A DNA stretch of 64,000 bases from Selaginella moellendorffii (taxonomy: Eukaryota > Plantae > Lycopodiophyta), in assembly GCF_000143415.4 (NCBI RefSeq), contig NW_003314316.1, positions 598,182 through 662,181 on the forward strand, read 5' to 3'. Shown piece by piece: positions 25,070-34,609 of this stretch. The translations under genes and the position numbers were made by a program. Numbering within the stretch: the stretch's first letter is position 1; each line of letters opens with the position of its first letter. The notes under the pieces are model-generated. The model was not told the DNA's origin, did not search any database, and worked only from the letters and a program-made list of their open reading frames with translations.

Positions 25070-26665
25070 CAATTCAGTAGCTTGATAAACATGCAAATAC
25101 AGAACTTGATGCAAAATCCTTTGATATGTCACAATGCCCCTAGGATCATAAACACATTTCAATAGAGAGGGTCTTTTCATTTCATAACTCCTTACGTAGA
25201 TCTTGGTGAAACTAGAGTTAGTGAAGTTAGTTTCTTGTGATCCCGCATCTGATTGTGATGTCCCTTTGCAATTTCGATGGAAAGGTCAATGCACACCAAA
25301 CTGTAAAATTTTGGAGCAAAATAACGGTCGGATCTATGGCAAATGCCCCTGAAACATTGTAAGGCTTGTGTGGTCTCATGTGGTGTCCGATCGAGATGTT
25401 TCTTTGCAGGGTCATCAAGAAAGACATTGTATACCATTCTGTAAAATCTAGTTGCGATCTAACGGTTGGATCTCCAGAAAACTCAAAAAAATCTCGCGCG
25501 TGTCAGAATATCCTAGGAATATACTCCTATGTGCCCCTGAAAATGGCATGCGGCCCCACACCATTCAAGAGATAACGTCAGATGACGCCGAGAATTTTTT
25601 GGTGCATTCTTTGGGTTCAAAATTGCATGAGCCCACACGCTATAAAGTTTATCTTTGCCAAATAGAGAAAAGTTTATCTGTGTCATGTGAGGTAGTTACA
25701 GTCCTTTGTGCTCGGCATCTGCCTCTTGCAGCATTTGCACTGAAAGGGAATTTTTCTCCATTCAGCATTTGGCCCTGAAAATGGCATGCGCCCACACGCC
25801 ATTCAAGGAATAACGCCACAGGACGCCTGGATTTTTAGGTTTAAAATGTTTAGGGTTTTTTGGGTTTTTTCAAAATATTTTGGGTCCAACGTTTTCGGGT
25901 TTCTTTGGTTCAAAATTGCATGAGCCCACACGCTATAATATTGATTTGAGAGAAAAATAGAAACAGATAGAATTTCTTTATTTAGCTGAACATCTGCCAT
26001 TTTTGGAAATACAAGATGCTTTGGAATATCCAATCATGCATGGTATAAATATAGCGAGGGTATTAAATGATATCCCAATCATGATCTTTCTTTTGGATTT
26101 CGCGTGCATGCAGTCCGAGGAATGATGACGTTGCGGATTTCTTTTGGATTTTGCGTGCTTGCATGCGCGCGGCAATCCAGAAATTAATGGTGGCGCCCAA
26201 GTCCGAGGAATGATGACGTGGCGGGATTACCAACCGTTGTGACATTTCGCGCGTGTGAGGTTAGGTTTTGCATTTTGCTTTGTACTCGCGCTCGCACACT
26301 CGCGCTCGCGCTCGCATCACACTCGCGCTCCCGCTCACATCGCGCTCCCACTCGCGATCACGCTCACTTCTCTACAGGTTTCTCGTGTGCATCGGCGTCC
26401 ACTCGCGCTTGCATCACACTCGCGCTCGCATCGCGCTCGTGTGCATCGGTGTCCACTTCAAGACACACCCAGTTTGTAACTTCGCCGCCAACTCCGCCGC
26501 CCACTCCGCCACCCACACGCAGCCCACTTGGTGTCCCGGGAGATTTCAGCACCACTCTCCAACTATAAGTGGCAGAGTAGCCTTGCTGCTACGATCCGCT
26601 GCACACACAGTGCACATTCACCAGCGAGTCCGGCCTCGATTGTCACGGCCTCCATTCGGCTTCAA

Positions 26666-29600
26666 ATGGTAAGTCTTTTAGGCCAAGTAGAAAATGGCAT
26701 GAGGCCACATGCCATTCAGTAGCAACATTGGCATGCACCGATTGGGCTCTCGAGTGCAGTTCGGTTACAGATGGCGTGTAGCCTCACGCCATCTTAGGAT
26801 GCAGCCTCAAGACATCTGATGCAGTGGTGAATGGCGTGTGGCCTCACGTTATTTCCAGCTACTAGCTTTTCATCTGTCAGCTCTAATTGTTGTGCATTTC
26901 TGAACAGGCGAGGAATTGCGTTCTTCTTCCAGCCACTGTCAATGTGGATGCAGAGAAGGGGGAGGAGCTCACCAGTTGGACTTTCGGGATGGAAAGCCCT
27001 GGAGGGGGGCAGCGGCTATGAGGAATTCCTAGAGGGAGCTAGGGAGAGGTTGTCCAGGAGGCCCACAATTTCAAAGATGCTGCGGGTCTATGAAGATCAC
27101 ATGGAATCCACGGACCTCACTTACGGCGATGTTCAAAAACTATATTCCAACATTGAGCCGTTGAGAGTGCCTCCAGTTCGCGAAGCGAAGGGGAAGGGGG
27201 TCGATCTGGAAACTACCCCGAAGCAGAAAAGGGTGGTCAAGCTCAAGCCGACGTCCGACTCTGCTGCTCCAAAAAAGAAGCTACTCGGTGATGCCATTGC
27301 CTCGGGTTCGAACACTACACCCACCAAAAAGAAGAGCCGCAAAGAGCAGAAAGAGCAAGAAGAGGCAGCAAAAATCGTCGCAGATAATAGTACTTGTTAC
27401 TATTCCAACAAAGTATATACAATCGACGTGAGCCGTATCGAGATCCAAAGTAAATACAACCACAGGCTAGTATCTGATGAGTGGGTGGAGAAACTGAAGC
27501 AGAAGATGCTGGCAAGTCCAGTAACACCCGACATCGCAGACGTGATCCCCTACTACCGAAAAATGAAGGGCGAGACGAGGTTTCCAGACTTGATCAATAG
27601 GAAGGTGTTGGACGATCAGAACATCCGGTTCTATGCCATCTCCGGGCAGCATTCTAGCTTGGCGATGCAACAGATAGTTGTGGATATTATGGTGGGCGAG
27701 GAGGTGAAGAAAGTCTTCAAGACAAGAGTTGTCCGCCTGATAAAAGGCAACTCGCCCCTCCGATCTATCATATACATCTCCCACGCGCAGAATGTCAAGC
27801 AAGAAACGTGCTACAAATCGGGTCTGCACGAGACATTGGCACGAACACGGAAGCTCTGGGTTCAACTGAAGAAGCCACAAAAACCAGGACAAGGACGTGC
27901 ACTAGCAACTAGCGCCTGGCAGGTAAGCCTCGTTGCATGTGGCATAGCATGTGGCCTCACGCCATTTCCATTGCAGGAATTCTCGAGTCTTCTCTCGAAA
28001 ACACTGGGGGTCAATGACACACTCAGCATCCATAACATTCTACTCGCGACAAAAGTTGTTTTTGACAAATGGGTAGATGTGCTGAGGAGGTACCATGACG
28101 GGGAGTTGCTAAACTCAATGGGTGTGGAGGACGGCCGGAAGCCCAATGATTTGAAGCTCAACGCCTTACGTTTCTCGCGGTCTCTAGACGATGATGACCT
28201 TCTGACAGTGGCTAATGCTCTTCTACGTGGTGAGGTAGTCTTCAACAAGACCAAAATGACTCCCGGCCATATTGTGACATACGAGGACTTGTGCACGACT
28301 CTGAGAGCTCGTGCGCTATTGAAGGATTGGATCTTCGAGCAAGTGGCCGTGGCGAGGGTGAGCATCGACACCACGCAAGAGATGATGGAAGAGTTGGACT
28401 TGTCAAATGAAGACATCGACGACTACGTGAAGGGGGCCCCCAAGTTCATCGATCTGCTGCGGGATGCCACGAAAAGTAAAGCTGAGAAGTTGGATCAGTA
28501 TCCAAATTTCATTAAGAGGGATGTCGACCGCCGGCTTCAGAAACAGCTCGACCCCACAGGAGAGGCCTATCGAGAACCTTACCGGGTATACGTGAATTCG
28601 GATGAGGATCAAAGGTGGAGGAGCATCGTTTCCCGCGGAGATGAGCAGGTCAAGAACATCTTTTGTGTGATGGACTTCACAAACAAGGAGATCACTCATG
28701 CAGATGAAGTCAGCTCCATCATTGACTTAATGGTGGGACTTGTGGAGGTGGAATCTTTAGTCCACTATATGATCTACAACTCCGAATCCTATCACAAGTT
28801 CTGGAAGGCCTTGAACGAGGTGAAGGCTCGGTTGAAAGGCAAGGAGATGCGGGAGATCCATGGGATAATGGCTAAGAAGAAGATACCGACGAATGTCCGC
28901 ATCTTCACACTCGCCCTTGTTATTGGTCCTGCAGCAGAGTGGGACTGGAGTGACTTCCCAGCTTCGTTCAACAAAGCCGATCGAATTGATCTGAGGGAGG
29001 TCAATTTACCCGTGCCTAAGGAACTAAAGACGGCTATGGAGCTTTCGAATCCAAAGAAAGCTCCAGGTGCAGCATGGGAAATGCTCAGCTGGGTCTTCAA
29101 CGCAATAGCAGGTGACTCCAAGGGCAAATGCATTGTCGAGTACAACTGCGGCGGACTATTCTTTCGAGCCGCACTACTCAAGGGTGTCTCGTGTGTTGCG
29201 GTGACAAACTCCATTGAAGAGGTGACTTCAATGGAGCATATAATTACAGTTGCCAAAGAAAAACAGTATCTTCTCTACGAATCTGGTGAGTACGCACTTT
29301 AAGTTTAAATGTTATCTCACAAGCTCTGTATGCAGGAGCGTGGCCACCCCCAGATGCTGAAACGGCGTTAACAGCTACTGATGTTAGGCCGAGCTCACAA
29401 CCTGCACAAGGTAAGGTCACGTGAGGCCTCACGCCATTTTGATTATAGATCGTTGTGAATATTCAGACACGAGGACTGAAAAGCGCACTGGTGGCGCGTC
29501 GAAGAAGGACAAACAGACAAGCAATAGGAAAAAAGGAGGTACAAATTATATTTGCAATGGCGTGTGGTCTCATGCCATTCCTTGCAGGAGACACTTCTTC

Positions 29601-32109
29601 AAAGGCAAAACAGGCAAGCACCAGCCAAGCTCAAACTGACAGTGGTCATAAAAAGCGAAAGCACGTTGGACAGTCGTCGGGATCAGAGGCGTTTGATTTG
29701 AAAAGGAAGAAGGGCAACGAAAAGATGATAGGTAATGCCTCGCGGTTATGGCGTGTGTGCTCATGCCATTCATTGCAGATCAAGGGCTGAGTGAAAGGAG
29801 CCAGTCACCACCTTCTGACTCAGATTCCTATGGCGGACTCCCCTTCCCCAATCTCAATGGAGAGGTACAATGGATGAGGGATGCTTTTCAAGTCAGGGCC
29901 ACGTTTTTCTCATCTCGTCGTCTTCGAAGGGTGCAAGAACGTGCAAAAACCATGTTAAGATAGTCGGGTGAGGATACGGTCCTAGGTCACGCACTAAAAC
30001 AGGCTATGGATGTCTTGTATTTTGAGATGGAGACTCGGCCAGATGATTTTCCCAAGATGGTCCTGGAAAAACAAGCCATCCAGCCTGAGCAGCCTATGGA
30101 AGAAATGCAGGAGGGGGATGAGGACCCAGAGAAAGATAATGAGCAAGAAGAGCAGAAGGACGAAGAGGAGGACAAAGAAGAGGAGGACGAAGAAGAGGAG
30201 GATGAAGAAGAGGAGGACGAAGAGGACTTGGATGGTCCTCACAATGGTGACGATCACAATAACGACGATGACGATGATGACGACGATGGCCAGCCTGAGG
30301 TGGCCAAAGAGCAGCGGAGGAAGGTCATACAAGACAAACCATCAGGTAAATAATAGTACATCCATTCCTAACCTTTTACCATTTCTAACATTGTCCATGT
30401 AGGTCGCAGAAGAAATGGTAAGTAGAGATTATTCAGTTGAATTAAGATACAAACTCTAGCCTTTAGTGTCGAGGAAGGATAGTGCCAAGCAAGGGTCGAA
30501 ACGTATGTCCAATCCTTCAGAATCAGCAGTGCGCCCAAGTGATATCGGTCCTAGTTCCTCAATAGCAGTTGATGGTAAATACAGTATAGTCGATTCAATG
30601 TGCTAATGAGTTTGTTTTTAGTAGCACGGGAGGATACCATCTCAATCGAAGGGAGATATTTGGACATGCATATGGATCCGCCAGTGGACTCTACTTGCCT
30701 GCAAGAGTCATCAGAGCTGGTGGAGGCTACTATCCATATCAACACCAAGCAAGCTGACCACGCTCCACTTGATGCTGCCCATACCATTGAGTCAATCTTG
30801 TTCACGTATCCAACTGACGGTGACCAGGCGCCATTGGACCCGCATGAGGCCGCCCCAGCCGCCGAGCCGGTCGTATCCTCATTTCCAACGGACTCAACGT
30901 GTGCCCAATCGTCTGACTACGCGCCGTTGGAACCTCCCTACACCGCCCCTACTGCCTGTTCGGTCATGTCCACTTTGCCAACGGAGGCACCAGCTGAAAT
31001 GGCGTGTGATCACACGCCATCGGAACCACCCCATGCCACTGTTGAGCCAGTTGTACCAGAGTCTACAGCTGAAATGGCATGTGCCCACACGCCATCGGAT
31101 GCGATTGACCCCACATTGCAGAGGAGAGTATTTCCGCCCTTCACGTTTCCTCGACCAAAACCCTCTGAACGACCATCGGGAGCACCATTCGCTAATATTG
31201 TAGATGGTAAAATTGACTTGTACCATTTTTTATGCTGACACATTTCATTTCAGAGTCACGGCGAAAGTACTGTATCGTTTTTTATCTGAACGGTGTCCTT
31301 TTCTCCCATGAGCGTGGCTCGTCCTCGAATGTCACTGCACCCTCCAAAGCCTGCGGTCGCAAGTTGGTCAAAAGAGACAGATTCACATTAATCACACAGG
31401 AGAAACTGCGGGATCTAATAATGACCATGCGACACTTAAAACAGAGGGCCGGGTTCAATTTGCAATTGGGAGTTTGGACATCCATGATGCGCCACAATGC
31501 ATTAACGTTGCTACAGATGATGCACGATCAGACGCGAGTAATATTACCATTTGACTTTCTCCTAACGCAGGAGGATTGCTTGACTATGGTCCATGTGAGG
31601 GGTAGCAAGCCCATCTTCGTCAAGGCAGAGGCTGTAGTGATGAACCGGACTGCTAGGTCAAGTGAAATCCTCATCATCGATGACTCGCCGATTAAAACTG
31701 CAGCGAACACACACACATATGCAGTGCACCCCATCTCTTGCAGTATGGAAACTAGGGAGAAGAAACCGTATGTTCTTATGCAAAACGGCTTGAAGCGATG
31801 GTGATAGAGAACCGGCCAGTCCAGGAGGTGGCTGCAGAAATCAACCAAATGGCAGATGGAACGGTATATCAGAAGCCATTTGATCGGACAGACACCAGTC
31901 ATCATTTATGGCATGTATATTGTCTAGCCAAGCACTATCCGCATCTCCATAATCTGCTCAACCGGATGGGTTCTTCGACCACTGAACATGAGCGTGGACG
32001 TATTAGAGAAGAGATGGCATTACTATTGGGTTTAAATCCTGATAGTGTGGAGAGTGATGAAATTCCAAGATTATTGTATAGGCGTTGGAGGCAAAAAATA
32101 ACAGTCTGA
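26666..32109 (+). pseudogene. Multi-exon transposon cargo gene (~1600 aa): ParB/Srx-like domain, degenerate amino-MTase-like fold, low-complexity/acidic linker, FCP1/NIF-like HAD domain; lightly disabled
   Basis: 823-aa ORF joined in frame to downstream ORFs by GT-AG introns 27923-27976, 29286-29335, 29411-29466, 29539-29587, 29732-29778, 30346-30402, 30418-30466, 30575-30621, 31207-31253. There is one stop (29961) and a frameshift near 31795. The 5' end (ATG 26666, intron 26669-26907) needs a frameshift near 27005 and is uncertain. Domain calls are by eye. Confidence 0.65.
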
Positions 32110-32527
32110 GATGGCATGTATTTATTTAAAAATGTAACTTATTATGGCATGGGGTTCCATGCCATTGTATTAATATTAAAAGACAATTCTTTGAGAGGAT
32201 TTGCATTATACTAGAAGTGTTACAGCATGTTATTGGAAGTCTACGAAGTTGTTTTATTAATAAGGGGAAAGTAAAGATTGAATGGGGACTTGGGCTCCAC
32301 CTAGACTCGGAACAACTGAGCCAATATTAAAAGGATGGAAAGAAATTGGATGACAATGACAAGGAGAAGAGAGAGGTGAAGCAGTGGCAGGGGGAGGAGA
32401 AGTGATTAAGTAGACATTTCCTTGTTTAAAATAAAATGGCATGTGCCTCAATGCAGTTGAATTTTGTTATATTTATATACTATATAAAGATTTGGAAACC
32501 TTATTTTACAAGTGGGATAATGACAAT

Positions 32528-32551
32528 TCCCACTTTAACGAAATAGAGCTT
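32528..32551 (-). repeat. Right TIR of the DNA transposon
   Basis: TCCCACTTTAACGAAATAGAGCTT followed by TSD TAGT. Confidence 0.92.
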
Positions 32552-32555
32552 TAGT

Positions 32556-34609
32556 CTATGCACATGCGCATAGAACCATCTTTCTTTTTCACAAATAACA
32601 CCGGCACCCCATACGGCGACTTGCTCAACCTAACATACCCTTTGTCCACCAACTCCTCTAGTTGGCACTTGAGCTCCTTGAGTTCTTTTTCGTTCAAACG
32701 ATAGGGGGACGAACCACCACCTCAGCACCCTCGACCAGCTCAATCTTATGTTCTATCGGTCGTGTAGGGGGCAACCCCACCAGTAGCTCCTCTGGCATAG
32801 TATCCTGGAATTGGTCCAACACCCGCTGGATCACTAAAGGTACTTTTTCCGTTCCTGTCTTTTTGTCACTCTTCACCGAGAGTAAGCATAAAAAGGCTGC
32901 CTTAGTTCCTTTAGTGAGTTGTCCTCTCGTGGACACCAGGTTTAAGCAGGAATCTTTAGCCTTGCTTTGCCCTACCTTTAGATCCTGGGCCTCCACCCTA
33001 GATCTTCTTCCTTGGGCATTTGCCAGTACCACAAGGTTCCTACCTTGTCCATGCAGGGCTATCACGAACCGATTGAACCAATCCATTCCGAAGATCACGT
33101 CAAATCCCGCTATGTCCAACACGGTGAAATCCATGTCTACTTTCCATGTTCCTACTTCGACTCTCGCTTGTCGAAGTACCTCATCGATGCTTTGGCTACC
33201 TTGAACAAACTCTATAGTCCTTGGTTCGCCTAGCCGCTGCACCGTTAGTCCGGCTTGCCAGACTATGTTTGCAGCCACAAAATTATCCAAAGCACCCGTG
33301 TCAATAAGGATCTTAACAAAGCTACCTCCGAGCTTCCCTTGGAGGGCTAGTAGATGTCGCAAACAACTCTCTACCAAAGTTGCTTATGTAATGAGTAACT
33401 TTGAGTTAGGGACTAGATCACATACCTCAGTTTGGACTTCACCCGACTTGATGGCCATATTGGCTCTGGCCTTCTTCGGGTAGGGACATTCCCTCAAAAA
33501 GTGTCCCGCTTCACCGCAGTTGTAGCATACGTTGTTTCCCACGCTGCTATATGATTTGACCTTCTTATTCGTGGGTTTGTCTCTTTTCGCTTAACTCCCC
33601 TACGTACTCTCTCGTTGGCCACCGGATTTGCCTTTCCGGAACCCCAAGGACTCATTCTTAGAGAAACTCTTCTTGAATTTCCCCCTGCTATACGTTCCCC
33701 TTGGTTTGGCCCCTTTGCTAAATGTGGATCCCGACCCCGCTGTGTTCCCCTTTCGCAATGCACCTTGATGGCCGCATCCAACGCTTCCTTGTAGTTGGTC
33801 GGGTTCCAGTGCATCACCTCACCGTGAGCCCAGGTTTGCAAACCCGATATGAAGGCATGGAACGCATCCATATCCCCCATGTCCGTGACAAGTATCCTCT
33901 TTGCCATGAACCCATTCACATATTCCTGGATGGTTCCAGTCTACTTCAGCCTACTCAACTCATCCCTCAGATGCAGAGTGGCATTCGGAGGAACGTATGT
34001 TGTGCAAATCCTCGCCTTCATCATGTCTCAAGTGGCCATCGGTCCTTCGTTGGCCTCCGTCGTTCTCCACCAAGACTTGGCATTATCTGCCAAGTATGGT
34101 TTTGCACATGGGACTTTCTCCGAGCTCGGTAACCGCAACGCTCGGAAGTAGTCCTCCATATCGTAAAACCAATCCTCCACCACCTTATAGTCGTTCACTC
34201 CCTTGAAGACCGGTGGGGGCTTTGGTTTGTACTTGGGAACTGCCTGAGGGATTGATTCCACTTTGGTCTGTTCGACTTTGTCTGGTTTTGCCTCAGTCCC
34301 TGCCGAAGGGTCCGCACCTTCTGCTCTGCCAGCATCCGCAGTCTTTCGCTTTTTCTTCCGCTTTTTGTCATGCTTTAGCTTGCGTATGAGAGTCTCCAGC
34401 AGGGCATTGGTCTGTGCCAATTCTCCTTCTAGGACGTCCAATCGAGCCTTGGACGACTGAATCTCACCATCGGACTCCTGTTTGGAAGTTTCCTCACTGG
34501 AGTCCTCATGCAAGGATTCCTCATCCATAGCCTCTTGTTCGACCGGAAGCTCCAGCTCTGGCGGAGGTTCCGTTTCCACCTGGGTTCACTTACGCCCTAC
34601 CTTTGCCAT
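32556..34609 (-). pseudogene. gag, zinc knuckle, aspartic protease and RT N-terminus of the family-B chromovirus
   Basis: Gag core (VEDWFYDMEDYF..AKSWW), CYNCGEAGHFLREC knuckle, ILIDTGA protease, [16 protein letters not shown]; several stops and frameshifts. Confidence 0.9.

Larger units (their letters stand above)
19028..32165. repeat. ~30 dispersed copies of a 22-bp palindrome ATGGCRTG-N6-CAYGCCAT
   Basis: Starts at e.g. 19028, 19344, 19433, 20031, 20191, 20337, 21679, 21736, 23582, 23652, 23688, 23858, 23956, 24679, 25543, 25622, 25781, 25915, 26694, 26771, 26831, 27944, 29416, 29557, 29748, 30999, 31074, 32144. Confidence 0.9.
18802..32551. mobile_element. Giant (13,750 bp) Sola1-like cut-and-paste DNA transposon
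   Basis: 24-bp TIRs (23/24 match) ATGCTCTATTTCGTTAAAGTGGGA; 4-bp TSD TAGT (18798-18801, 32552-32555); removing it restores host RT 'CIDYRLLN'; transposase motifs present. The superfamily call rests on the 4-bp TSD and GHTHED motif. Confidence 0.85.

Noticed and set aside
19028-32165. Palindromic repeats as a CRISPR array or MITE family
   Set aside because: Spacing is irregular (tens of bp to several kb), there are no cas genes, the context is eukaryotic, and no TSDs flank individual copies.
18802-32551. CACTA or Mutator assignment because of Tnp1-like repeats and large size
   Set aside because: Termini are not CACTA, the TSD is 4 bp rather than 3 or 9, and the catalytic motifs fit Sola1-like transposases better.
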